Assembly (NCBI RefSeq): GCF_006345805.1
Contig: NC_043004.1
Location: 99,944,001-100,008,000, forward strand
Direction: 5' to 3'
Origin: Octopus sinensis
Lineage: Eukaryota
DNA: 64,000 nt
The position numbers and the translations under genes were made by a program. The notes below the pieces were generated by a model, which was given only the letters and a program-made list of their open reading frames with translations, did not search any database and was not told where the DNA came from. Positions within the stretch are counted from its first letter, which is position 1. Every line of letters starts with the position of its first letter. Below, piece after piece: positions 37,830 to 50,996 of this stretch.

Positions 37830-39294
37830 TGAAACGGCGTACCTCAAAAGAACGGATCTTTTAAATTATGCAGTGATAGACGTAACACAAGTTTCCAGCC
37901 TCTGGAATCAGACAAGATATCTATTTAGATGTATTGATTCAAAGTATGTTTAGGTATAATGTATGTTTTCTTAAGTTCACAAAGTGCACAAATAAACACA
38001 GAGAACATATTGTTCATCTAAATACTAACAGCTTGCAAGAGAACGCCAATCATCTCAGTGCCTGCCGGAAGCATGCATGTGATAACGTGGCTAATACAAC
38101 GGGAAACTACAATTGCATCAGAGCCAAAAATACGCAACAGTGTTTAATGAAAATCTTTGCTCTGTGTGTTTGCTGCACATTAAATGAGTGTGGAAGCGAT
38201 GCAAGTAATTGCATGCCAGAAGCAACATCATAGGTTGGAAAAATCCAACCGATTTATAATTTCTTTAGTTCCCATTCAAAATTATGGGGATTACTCACGA
38301 ATCATACATGCACTTATGTAGATGATACTACACTGTTTACTTCTCACTGCCATTACATTTCGCAAATCTTAAAGTTGGTGACAGGAATATCTCACTTCCT
38401 TCAAGAAATAAAGTGATTACAATGCGAGCACTAGTAAATAGTGTTCTTTATGCATTCAATTTGTCTGCTGGAGTTTAAGCTTTGACTCGAATACATATTT
38501 GCCAAAAAAAAAAAAAAGAATCATTTTTGGATGTGAAGGCATTTAACATTGACAATCTCTTTGAAGATTTGATGAACATAAGAAACAAGTAAAATTACAG
38601 ACTAAAGACATGGAATGAGATCATGTGGAACATGAAACTCTTACATGAGATTGGAGAAGAACGTGTAAAGGGAGGTTGCACCGTAAGATAATACCTGACG
38701 AAATCCTGGTGAAGAGAACTTTGATGAGTTGTTAGAAAATGTTTACTCCAGGAAATCGATGGTTAATGTTTTGTGTTATGATGCTGTTGCAGGACTAACT
38801 GCAGTTTTACTGTTTTTAAGCAGTTGGTTGGACATTTTAATTTCTCCTAGAATATTCCTATATGTCTAGAATAAACATGAGCTACAGAAAAAGCACAAGT
38901 TTCAGTGCACATATATCCTACTGAGGTTAACGATAAAATATTTGCGTCAGAAATGGAAAATTTACTGTCAGCACATGAAAAAAGTTTTGGAAATTCATAT
39001 CCGAATATTTTAACATTGTTAAATTTGTTAACTGATTAGAAAATCTAAGAGATATTTCCAAATGTCTGTGTTAGTTTTAGAATACTATTAATAGTTTTAG
39101 CTATAGTTGCACAAACACCAATATGTTATAGCAAACATACGAAAAATACTGTAAGGTCTCTCATATCTCAACAGCGACATGTTGACTTAGCAAGACTAAG
39201 TATTGAATAAAATGCTGCCAGAGAAATTGATTTTGATAGTGTTGTTAGAAGTTTTAGAGATAAAGACGCGAGAAACATTAATTTCCTTTACTGA
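37830..39294 (+). pseudogene. hAT-superfamily transposase relic (ZMYM1-like type)
   Basis: ACRKHACDNVANTTGNYNCIRAK (cf. CRGQGYDNAANMSG), CCTLNECGSDASNCMPEA (cf. CxAHSLNLxxxDA), IQPIYNFFSS, and C-terminal EIFPNVCVSFRILL...VRSLISQQRHVDLARLSIE...IDFDSVVRSF (hAT dimerisation domain). Stops and frameshifts. Confidence 0.85.
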
Positions 39295-40440
39295 TTAGTT
39301 TTATCGTTACTTTGTACAAAATATATTATTATCAGATCATTCTGGTGTACAGAGAATAAAGCATATCCTCAAGTTTACAAGTGTCATATTCACAGCCTTA
39401 GATTTGCTCTAACGTTAAATTATGCATTCAGAATCGTACAACAAATGATGTCTACCTTGTTCATATTTGATGATAAACAGATCGTTCTACAAAGAAAGGA
39501 GAACCGTAACTTTAAATTTAATTTCGTGTTCTTATCTACATACATTGAAAAGACTTAAGGATTCTATCCCAATTTAGACTCTAAATCTTTTATTTTGAGA
39601 GGTGAAAGTGGGCTCCGAAAATAGTAGTGTTCCGTTTTGCAAAATTGATCTTGGAAGTGTTGGTTAGGATGCATAAATATATAATCAGAAGTTTTGTAGT
39701 AGGTAGATTCACATGAACTTAGGAAGTACAATTTCAGTTCATCTTAGCACGATATTCATTACTTAGAGTGCACATGGTAATAGGCGCAACGAATATTCGC
39801 TGGCGCGAATTAAGCAAACGTTAATAATGCGTTGAATATTATATTGATGGATTTCTATGTCATATTTTCCGGTTTACCAATAAATGAAGTGAAGATTAAG
39901 TATCAGGAAAAAATCTTAGAGAGGAAAAGAAAGAGTTGCAGAGACATAGAAAGAGTGTGAGCAAAAAATATGGGGTCATTAAGAGAAGAGAGTGATAGAG
40001 ATATTCAGGAAGTGCTTGGCGGCAAAAAAGAGTGAGCCAAAAATACATAGAAAAAAAATGACAAAATGAGAAATCGACAAACAGAAATGCGAACTGTGAA
40101 AAGTACAATAGCCAATATAATTGAGTGTGATGTATTACATCTTCAGTGACTCTAGAGATGCTGTCTAGGTATTTGACTGCTAATTTTTCATTTTTGTGAC
40201 ATTATTTTTCATTTTTCCTTATTCGGTTGCTTTATAATTATAAGTCCCAGTTGGAGGATATATTGGGCAGTCCAAGGTGAAATAATGATCATCATTAAAA
40301 ATAAGATAGCTTATTGGTTTACTGGTTCGTTCATAGAGCACTGTACGATAATACTGGGTTCTCTACATAGGTAGACGGACAGAGTAAGAGAAGAAAATAA
40401 AGGCACATATCACGCACATATAAATATATATGTATATATA

Positions 40441-40553
<113 letters not shown>

Positions 40554-40689
40554 GGAGAGAGAGAGAGGGAGATTAGGATGAATATGGTACTTAAGTTGAG
40601 GCACCAGAATTTAGTACAGTATTATCCATACAATTTCAAAAAGGTGATTAAAATCAAAATAAGCAACAAGAATATTTTTGTTGCTTATT

Positions 40690-40782
<93 letters not shown>

Positions 40783-40842
40783 TGTATGTATACACAATAT
40801 AAATACATATATATATATATATATTAATATATAGATATACAT

Positions 40843-40995
40843 AAGGTGGGAAGCTGGCAGAAACGTTTGCACGCCGGGCAAAATGCTTAGCGGTATTTCA
40901 TCTGTCTTCGTGTTCTGAGTTCAAATTCCGCCGAAGTCGGCTTTGCTTTTCATCATTTTGGGGTCGATAAATTAAGTAACAGTTGCGCTTTGGTA
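40843..40995 (+). mobile_element. SINE family B (3'-truncated)
   Basis: GCTGGCAGAAACGTTTGCACGCCGGGCAAAATGCTTAGCGG...GGGGTCGATAAATTAAG. Confidence 0.85.
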
Positions 40996-41503
40996 GTCCG
41001 GCTAAACGACCCTACCCATTACATGAATGTGTGTGTAATTGAATATTCCACAGACGCGTTCCCTCTATAATTAGTTCTCACACATAATAAAGGTGACTCG
41101 TTGTGATGAAGCAGGACTTTTCAACAGTAGTTACACTCCCCGCCGATGTGTTACCAGTTAATTTCCGTCTATCCACCTTGTGTCGTTACGTCTGGAGCAA
41201 TTCATGTCTTTGAACAAGGTTCGATGCAATGGACCTCCTTTTGCACATTGGCAAACTGGATCGTATGGGTAGCGCGCATCTATATTTTCAAAAGATCCGC
41301 GCCAATCATTTTTGTGTATAAACTAGGGTAGTGGAAAGTCAAGCAAAGACAGATATTCACATAGTCGGTGAGATCAATTTCGTCTTCGAAGTGTATGGTC
41401 AATGACGCTAAACTTGTGATATATGTTAACAGCATTATTTAATGAGGAAGACAGGAAAAGGATATTATCTAATATACCAGGATAAAGAGAGGAAAGAGTA
41501 GCA

Positions 41504-41670
41504 TAGGCGCAGGAGTGGCTGTGTGGTAAGTAGCTTGCTAACCAGCCACATGGTTCCGGGTTCAGTCCCACTGCATGGCATCTTGGGCAAGTGTCTTCTA
41601 CTATAGCCCCGGGCCGACCAATGCCTTGTGAGTGTATTTGGTAGACGGAAACTGAAAGAAACCTGTCATA

Positions 41671-41730
<60 letters not shown>

Positions 41731-41968
41731 TATATGTGTGTACGTGTGTGTGTTTGTGTGTCTGTGTTTGTCCCCCTAGCATTGCTTGACAACCGATGCT
41801 GGTGTGTTTACGTCCCCGTAACTTAGCGGTTCGGCAAAAGAGACCGATAGAATAAGTACTGGGCTTACAAAGAATAAGTCCCGGGGTCGAGTTGCTCGAC
41901 TAAAGGCGGTGCTCCAGCATGGCCGCAGTCAAATGACTGAAACAAGTAAAAGAGTAAAGAGTAAAGAG
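41504..41968 (+). mobile_element. SINE family A
   Basis: Full-length copy. Confidence 0.9.
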
Positions 41969-42394
41969 ATATGCTAAGTGCCCTTGCTCTGCATGTACTG
42001 TTTTGCAGTCTTCACTTGACCGATTGTCCCATAATCTATTTGTACAGGATGTCGCCAAACTAATAGTATGTATTGCTTACAACCTGGGTTTGCAAGTCGT
42101 GAGTTTCTAGGGCTATAATGCCAATGTAGTAGGTTTGGTAAAAGATGTAAAGTGGTCGATTATTAAATTTAGCACCTTCGGGAACAATTACATAAGTGTA
42201 CAAGTATACGCGTATAGGTTATAAGATTACATACTCTAATTCAGGTATGGTTGAACAAAGAAGTTTTCCAAGATGCCTCGCCAATTTGAGTGAAGAATGG
42301 TCCAAGTTCTAGTTCTATGTTCCGTTTGTGGTTCTTAAACACATATTACAACGATATACTAGGAAGCGTTCAGTATTTGCATCTGACAAAATAT

Positions 42395-43030
42395 AGGTTT
42401 CAAATTTTGGTGCAAGGCCATCAAATTTTAAGGGAAGGGGTAAGTCGATTACATCCACCCTAGTGTTCAACTGGTACTCATTTTATCGATCCCTAAACGA
42501 TAGAAAACAAAGTTGACCTCGGCGGAGTTCATACTTAGAGGAAATGCCGCTAAGCATTTTGCCCAGCGTGCTAACGATTCTTATTTCTTTACAGATCACA
42601 AGGGGCTACACACAGAGGGGACAAAGAAGAACTGACAAACGGATTAAGTCGATTATATCGACCCTAGTGCGTAACTGGTACTTATTTAATCGACCCCGAA
42701 AGGATGAAAGGCAAAGTCGACATCGGCGGAAATTGAAGTCAGAACGTAGTGGCAGACGAAATACCGCTAAGCATTTCGCCCGGCATGCTAACGTTTCTTA
42801 TTTCTTTATTGCCCACAAGGGGCTAAACATAGAGGGGACTAACAAGAACAGAGAAACGGATTAAGTCGATTACATCGACCCCAGTGCGTAGCTGGTACTT
42901 ATTTAATCGATCCCGAAAAGATGAAAGGCAAAATCGACCTCGGCGGAAATTGAACTCAGAACGTAACGGCAGACGAAATACCGCCAAATATTTCGCCCGC
43001 CGTGCTAACGTTTCTGCCAGCTCTACCGTC
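42395..43030 (-). mobile_element. head-to-tail trimer of SINE family B
   Basis: Three bodies and one head; junctions at about 42580 and 42797 both read GCTAACG(A/T)TTC|TTATTTCTTTA. Confidence 0.85.
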
Positions 43031-43535
43031 TTGACCGGGCAAACATGTGCTAAAAAGCAGGTCCAGTGCACGAAACATTCAGCATAAAATAAGGCTGATC
43101 AGAAGCATTGTCCATGCGCTGCAAATCTGTATGAAAGAAGAGGTACTCAAGGATAAAAGTACTTCGAGAAATACCTGGAAAATTTCTGGAAGTAAGATAT
43201 CATCATTAGTATCAAGGTTACAGATCAGCAGACCCACAATATATGCATTAAGTCTAATACCCTGTTAAGCACAATGGATACTAGACGCGAACAGCAGCAA
43301 AAAAGTATAAAACTCAGAGTTACGGCTCATAAAGATATTCAGTTTCACTACATTTTTCTTTCACACTCTCAAACAGACACACTATGCACATATAAAAATA
43401 CACAGATATATACGCAAGCAAGCATGTAAATGAGAATGTGTGAGCGCGCGTGTGTGTGTCCAAAAGTGTGTGTGTGTCCAAGAGTGTGTTTTTATACGTG
43501 TATAAATATAAGAGAGGATAAGAGTAAATATATAT

Positions 43536-43760
43536 ATTTCTTTACTACCCGCGAGGGGCTAAACATAGAGGGGACAAACAAGGACAGACAAACGGATTAA
43601 GTCGATTACATCGACCCCAGTGCGTAACTAGTGCTTAATTTATCGACCCCGAAAGGATGAAAGGCAAAGTCGACCTCGGCGGAATTTGAACTCACAACGT
43701 AACGCAGACGAAATACCGCTAAGCATTTCGCCCGGCACGCTAACGTTTCTGCCAGCTCGA
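43536..43760 (-). mobile_element. SINE family B
   Basis: Near-consensus full copy. Confidence 0.9.
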
Positions 43761-43929
43761 GGCACCGAGATAGTCAGGAGTGCTTATTAGCATATCGGTG
43801 TTATATATATAAGCAGGCGACAGTAAAGTTACACATAGACATACGTCAGTAGGTATAGATATGTAAGTATAGTAGCACACGCGCGCGCAAATTTAGAAGC
43901 AAATATACACACAGAAACACCCACGCACG

Positions 43930-43966
<37 letters not shown>

Positions 43967-44052
43967 ACTTATACATACTTATATATGCATATGCATATAT
44001 ATGTATGTGTATATACATATACACCCACACCAACGCACGCACACACGCACAC

Positions 44053-44092
<40 letters not shown>

Positions 44093-44956
44093 ATATATAT
44101 ATATATGCATGCATACATGAGTACATATACATATGCATTCATCATTCTTACATCCACATACATCACTAAGAGAGATTAAAACAAAGAAGAAAAAAAAGAA
44201 AAGAAGAAATGAAGAATTAGCTTCTTTTCCAATTCCATATTGATTTCCAGTCGGTTGAGTGTTATTTATTTGACAGCCAATCATTACCAGGCAACTTAGT
44301 TGGTGCCACGATTTTAGGACTTGCTTTAAAAGGAATACGTAGTTTAAAAAAAAAGAAGGATTACATACATACACGTGTTTGTGTATGTGCATGTGAGTGT
44401 GCCTATATCTATATGCATGTGTATATATATATACATATATGTACATTCATAAACACACATGGATTTAAATATATAGATGTGTGTGTGTGAGTGTGTGCGC
44501 ATCAGGTGGAAGAGAGAGAGGCAAGGGCACAGACTTTTTGCTAGTTAGCTGAAAATATATAGAATCTTGTATATTTTTTCATATGCGCACATGGTCACGT
44601 GTGCATACACACAAACCCATATATAAAAAGTACACTTCACAAAATAAAGGCAATACTCCGTAAGGTATTGAAAATTCATCACATAGCCTATAACTTTGCG
44701 AGTTATACGTATCCAGTATACCAGATATATTTACTTGCTACAGCACATATGTATGTATGTTCGCGCGCTCACACACCACACACACACACATATATGGGGG
44801 GTGTTTGTATGAAGATCTTCATATAAAACATCCATCATGCTATATATATATAAATATATATACGCATACATATGTATGTACATATATACACACATACATA
44901 CATGCATACATATATATACATGCATACATATATATATATTATATATATATATATAT

Positions 44957-46082
44957 ATTATATATTATATAATTAGGGCTTAGTAAAATAAATTACTTTG
45001 CCCACTACTGAACTTGCTAGAAATAGCAGCCAAAAAAATGTTTTTTTGCCATTTCCACTACTTAAAGAAAATTTCTCTCAGATAATGTTTACTCAAAATA
45101 ACTCACGAAGGTATGGAGGTAAAAACAGAAAAATATCACAAGTACAATGATTATTTGAGAACGTTAACGTTTCTAGATTAGCCAAATAAACTCAGCATTT
45201 CTTTCGTCAGCTCAACATTTCTTATTTTGGATTTGGAAGCACTAAAAAGAAAGAACATACCCTTTGGCGACTTATCACCTCAGATGACCCGTTCAGACTG
45301 CCAGTACCAACAAATTCAAAATGTGCAAGCGAAGATTCCCTGCTCTCCCCTTCCACCCACGTGGGTTATCTAGCAAACATTATCTAGTATGTGGCAAAGT
45401 AATTTATTTTACTAAGCCCTAATTATATAATATAATATTTTGAATTCGCCTTAAATGGTCCTTTTACATACTGAATACTTGGTGAAATTGATTATAAATA
45501 ATTAATTTTACCCTCAATTGTTGATATTATAATTAATTTCTCTCTGTCATATTGCCTCGGTCTCACCGTAAAATATAATGTTTGCTAGATAACCCACGTG
45601 GTGGAAGGGGAGAGCAGGGAATCTTCGTTGCACATTTTGAATTTGTTGGTACTGGCAGTCTGAACGGGTCATCTGAGGTGATAAGTCGCCAAAGGGTATG
45701 TTTCTTTTTTAGTGCTTCCAAATCCAAAATAAGAAATGTTGAGCTGACAAAAGAAATGCTGAGTTATTTGGCTCTAATCTAGAAACGTTAACGTCTCAAA
45801 TAATCTTGTACTTGTGATATTTTTCTGTTTTTACCTCCATACCTTCGTGAGTTATTTTGAGTAAACGTATCTGAGAGAAATTTTCTTTAAGTAGTGGAAA
45901 TGGCAAAAAATTTTTTTTGGCTGCTATTTCTAGCAAGTTCAGTATGTGGCAAAGTAATTTATTTTACTAAGCCCTAATTATATAATGTAATATTTTGAAT
46001 TCGCCTTAAATGGTCCTTTTACATACTGAATACTTGGTGAAATTGATTAATAACTAATTAATTTTACCCTCAATTGTTGATA
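44957..46082. mobile_element. Penelope-like terminal repeat in inverted plus partial direct duplication (A' B - A B)
   Basis: 44957-45383 is the reverse complement of about 45575-45998; 45386-45530 is a direct copy of 45941-46082; (TA)n on both outer flanks; contains a hammerhead. Confidence 0.75.
45155..45215 (-). ncRNA. type-I hammerhead ribozyme
   Basis: UUGAG-CUGACGA-A-AGA...GCUGAG-uuua-UUUGGC...UCU-A-GAA-ACGUUAACGU-U/CUCAA: stem I 5 bp, interrupted stem II, 10-nt palindromic stem III, GUU triplet. The plus-strand twin at 45739-45799 has CTGACAA and lacks one U. Confidence 0.7.
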
Positions 46083-46117
46083 TATATATATATATATACA
46101 TACATATATACATACAT

Positions 46118-46148
<31 letters not shown>

Positions 46149-46165
46149 CATATATATATATATAT

Positions 46166-46288
46166 CACCGTAATCACCGTGAACGACCAGACCCTCACAT
46201 GTTGCTACACATCGCTGGTCACAATGCACTTCGCATTGTTTTAGCCTTCAAATGACGCCATCCCACAGGCTAAGTGAGTAGGCCACTC
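46166..46288 (-). mobile_element. RTE-related 3' tail fragment
   Basis: Minus strand TGTGACCAGCGATGTG...CTGGTCGTTCACGGTGAT resembles the end of the RTE at 10225-10300 (TGTGACCAGCGGTGTC...CTGGTCGGTCAAGGTGAT); sits in (TA)n. Confidence 0.6.
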
Positions 46289-46482
46289 ATATATGTATAT
46301 ATATATGCATATATATATAATATATACATACATATACATACGTACATCATACATATATATATATATATAATATATATATATAATATATATATATAATATT
46401 AGGGAATATTATTCCAAAGTTACAGGTAAAAATTCAATTTGGCATTACTAAATCAAGTTTCGCAATATATATATTATATATA

Positions 46483-46540
46483 ATTAGAGAAGAACCACCT
46501 TTTACATTGTTGAATTGATAAAAGGCGGTTCTTCTCTAAT
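46483..46540. repeat. 22-bp-stem hairpin
   Basis: ATTAGAGAAGAACCACCTTTTA / TAAAAGGCGGTTCTTCTCTAAT, one mismatch, 14-nt loop. Confidence 0.85.
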
Positions 46541-46655
46541 GTGTATATATATGTATGTATATCTATCTATATATTATATATGTATATATATATATCTATA
46601 TATATATGTATAATATATAATATATATATATATATATATATACATATACACATAC

Positions 46656-46688
<33 letters not shown>

Positions 46689-46733
46689 GCTAATATATAA
46701 TATATACATATATACATACATCATATATATCAT

Positions 46734-46770
<37 letters not shown>

Positions 46771-46792
46771 TATATATATGTATATATATATT

Positions 46793-46826
<34 letters not shown>

Positions 46827-46839
46827 CATGAATTAACAA

Positions 46840-47195
46840 TGGTTGTTGGAGAAATCCGTCTGGGAAAAGGGTAAAGATAGTTCGACTGTATTCTTAATCT
46901 GGAGAGAATTTTGTTCTCCAGTTCAATAGGAGAAACTTATCGAAACGTTTAGATCTTCGGAAAAGTTTCGATTTTCAGTCTAGATGAATGGTGGATTTTA
47001 ATAGTTTGTTCATTTTTTCAGCTTAACAAAGCCTACACCTCCTTGACATTTTTTAATGTATGGCATGGATAAGTTTTTGTGGCATAAATGAGTCTCTCTT
47101 CCATACTCCACTTTGATGATATTTGAGGTCTTTAAGTTCCAGCTGTGGATAGCTTATTACTTTTCTTGGATAGATTCTGCGTTGCGCGTATGTTT
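46840..47195 (-). pseudogene. Penelope-like ORF C-terminal (GIY-YIG tail) relic
   Basis: Frameshifted pieces HSWNLKTSNI, KWSMEER, RRCRLC*AEK and KFLLLN resemble the IWELKD..IKWSI..RCNLCLxEK..KFLL tail of Penelope ORFs. Confidence 0.5.
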
Positions 47196-47359
47196 TTTGT
47201 GTGTCTTTATATGTGTGTGCATATATATGAATGTATATGCATTAATGCGTGTATATTCATATATATTCATATACAAATACAATATAATATAATGTAATAT
47301 ATAATATATATATATATATTATATATATATATCATAGATACATAGATACACACACACAC

Positions 47360-47410
<51 letters not shown>

Positions 47411-48467
47411 CGGCAATAAGAAAATGGAGCTAATCAAGAGGTAGTATTCATCAAATTTTAGACGTTATATTATGTCTATTTTTTAGAAAACAATTATAAA
47501 AATATACATACATGTTTAACATATGCTTTACATATATAAAAATACCAGCAATTATTAAAATATATAACGTAGAACATAGAAAGTAGAATAATAGAATAGT
47601 TTCTGATACATCTATATCTATCTATCTATTTATCTATCTATCTATTTCTTTTTTTCTTTTTTTTTCTTTTTTCCCTTTTACGATCCCTTTTGATCGAAAA
47701 CCTACGCCACCTTTTTTTTTCCCCAAAAGAAAAGCTCTACCTTGTAACTTGTCCCATCTGTGTGCAGCCCTGTGTGGCCAATAAAGAAACTTATCTATCT
47801 GTGTGTATATATATTTTTTTTTATAGAACTGAGAGAGAGAGGAGGGAGAGAAAGAGTGCAAGCATCCAATATATAATAATCTCAGTGCAAAACGACAAAT
47901 TGTTTCATTTCTTGGCTCAAACCAATACATTGACAAATGTCCCGGCACTTTACAGTAGGAAAGAATTATCATTCATTCAAATATGTAATACTCAATGCAA
48001 AAACATCAATTGTTGAGACTAACAGAAAATGGCGAAGAAACTGAAAATTTGAGCAATCGGTATTACTTTAAAAAGCATATACCAAAACTGTATGTACTAA
48101 TGTAGAGTTAAGTCAAACAAATTTTAATCCGATTGTGGCGATTTTTAAGAAAAGTGAAATATCATTCAACAAAATCTTGTTGCTTGATGCAAGAAGCAAA
48201 ACAAAGACGCAGCAAAAAATTTTCCATTCTTTAGTATAGTTCAGCAAGAAGTGTTGTTGCTGATAAAAACTGTTTATAGCAAAGTTATGCCTCAAAACAA
48301 TATGTAGGGAACTTAGAAAGGTATGTTAGTATCATGAACAAAATGAGTGAAGGAGAACATGCTCCTAACTCCAACATACTATGCAGGCAAGAAAGAAATC
48401 ATTTTTTTCAATATATACTCAACGCACACACACACACCCGCGCGCACATGCATATACATACATAAAA

Positions 48468-48500
<33 letters not shown>

Positions 48501-48592
48501 CTATATATATATATATATGTATGTGAGCGTGCATAATAAATAGGAATATATATTTAGAAATATATATTTAGAAATCCCTCACACGGGCATAT

Positions 48593-48659
<67 letters not shown>

Positions 48660-48671
48660 GTGTGTGTGTAC

Positions 48672-48720
<49 letters not shown>

Positions 48721-49119
48721 GTACGTATGTATGTTTGTATGTATTTATGTATGTATATGTATATATATATATATAAAAGTTACAGACATAAATACCTATA
48801 TGCGAGCGTATATAGTCATACTCTTATAGGTATAGTTTAAGACCTAAATACAATTAAATATCCTATAATGTAATAACGATAGATTCTTCAATTGAATTTC
48901 AGTTAAACTTTGCTTATACGGTTCATAAATGTATTTTAAAGTCATTAACCTACATTTACAGTATTCATTAGAGCCAGGCATAATTGAATCAAGATGGCTG
49001 AAAAGATAGAAACTTTGCCAATTATATATGCGTGTGTACATAGGTAGATACATATATACATTACGTACATATACTTATATACGTTACGTATATATACATA
49101 TATACACATATAATATATC

Positions 49120-49162
<43 letters not shown>

Positions 49163-49166
<4 letters not shown>

Positions 49167-49254
49167 TACCTATGTATATACACGTGTATATCTATCTATC
49201 TATCTATCTATCCATCTATCTATATAAATATATATATAAAGATAGATAGATAGT

Positions 49255-49300
<46 letters not shown>

Positions 49301-49330
49301 TATATACACGTGTATATACATAGGTATGAT
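49163..49330. repeat. fold-back palindrome: 28-bp unique arms plus (CTAT)n/(ATAG)n around (TA)n
   Basis: ATCATACCTATGTATATACACGTGTATA (49163-49190) is the exact reverse complement of 49303-49330. Confidence 0.85.
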
Positions 49331-49335
49331 ATATA

Positions 49336-49374
<39 letters not shown>

Positions 49375-50196
49375 TATATATATGTTGATATATATGTTGA
49401 TATATATATACATACATATGTAATGCATAGTGAAATACGTTGTGTTGTCAAATTTAAGTTTACCTTATACGAACGATTACCTTTTAATAAAAGCGAGAAT
49501 GCTTGTGTCTGCTGATCTGGATTATCCATGAAAGAGTGTGCTTAAAACTCTTTTATCGACTGCATATTTACTTAGGCATAGAAACTCCTATATTCAGCTT
49601 CTACCCATTAGGCAGCTAATATGTTACTTTGATCCGCCTGAAAAGTCATTATATATTATACAGAGCCATATCTTTCGTCGGATACAGTTTATAAAATGAC
49701 CGGGTACATCGGTATATTAGAAACTGAATTTGCTTTTAATATGTAAATTCTAAGGAATGACGGCAGGACTCATTTTGAGATATTATAATACCCAGGATAT
49801 AGCTTGCTACGAAACTAGTTTTTAAAATTAACACTGAAGTCTATCTCAAATCACACGCTTCTGTCTGAAGCAGACGACGCACGGACTAACAATGTATTTC
49901 TTAAAAACTGACTGACAGAAAGATGATTTTGATCACAGGTTTCTTCGGTCAGGGTCGAACTGAAAAAAAAAATAGCGAAAAAAGTGGGGGAGAAAACAAA
50001 CATATTTAAAATGAAAATCGTTTCATTGTTAAGTAATTTCAAATTGTTACATTAAGCTTCCACTTCAATCTGTTTTTTGACAACAAACCGGATGTAAACT
50101 ATGTTTCTTCTTTCCATAATGTTATATGTTAGTTATAAACTTCTTAGCATATTCCCAGTGACCTATAGACCTACTAGCCTGGTTTGGTAGCATTTA

Positions 50197-50416
50197 TAAT
50201 GGTTTTTGAGGCCTCTGTAATCTCGAACAGACATAGACACAACACTCGAACATCCTACTCGTAATCATGCAAGACATCAAATATGTGACAGCTAAAGAGA
50301 ATTAGTGCTGCACCAAGAATTGTCTGATACTAAATTTCAGCTGATTAGAGTAGGCACGAGAATCATACCCACGGTCTGATGATCGGGAGCTCAACACCTT
50401 AACTATTAAAACACAA
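50197..50416 (-). mobile_element. SINE family D (tRNA-like head), unexpanded copy
   Basis: Minus-strand head TAGTTAAGGTGTTGAGCTCCCGATCATCAGACCGTGGGTATGATTCTCGTGCC with A-box- and B-box-like motifs; homologous to 50997-52070. Confidence 0.6.
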
Positions 50417-50764
50417 CGTTCTTTCAATGGTAGCTTATTTCGAATTTCGTAACAGAATTGGTGTTAAAATAAATTCTTATGATACAGGCCCAAAGATAGT
50501 CATTGAAGTAACCATTGATTTATACACAGCGACATTTGTTGCACTATTTTTTGCAGATGCAAACTTTTCACGAAATCTATATCTATCTATTATATGCACC
50601 TGAAACAGTATTAGATGGAATAGTCAGTTGTGCCTTATACTTGAAATACATCCTGAAAATCAAATTTACGGCGTTATGGATTCAAAAGAGATATCAGAAC
50701 GAGTAACATAGAAAATTTGTCCTTAACGATGTATTTACATTAAGCATGCTAGAAAGATTTCTCC

Positions 50765-50769
<5 letters not shown>

Positions 50770-50855
<86 letters not shown>

Positions 50856-50856
50856 T
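50770..50856. repeat. (CT)n microsatellite
   Basis: Direct inspection. Confidence 0.9.
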
Positions 50857-50996
50857 CTGTATATATATATCCAATGATTTTAAAATATGCCATCTCTATG
50901 CAGACAACCACTTTTCTTGGTCATTTCCACCATTATTGTCGCAGTAGAAGTTGGAAATACATCAGAAATCACAACTCGGTATTGCATAGTTGTCAC

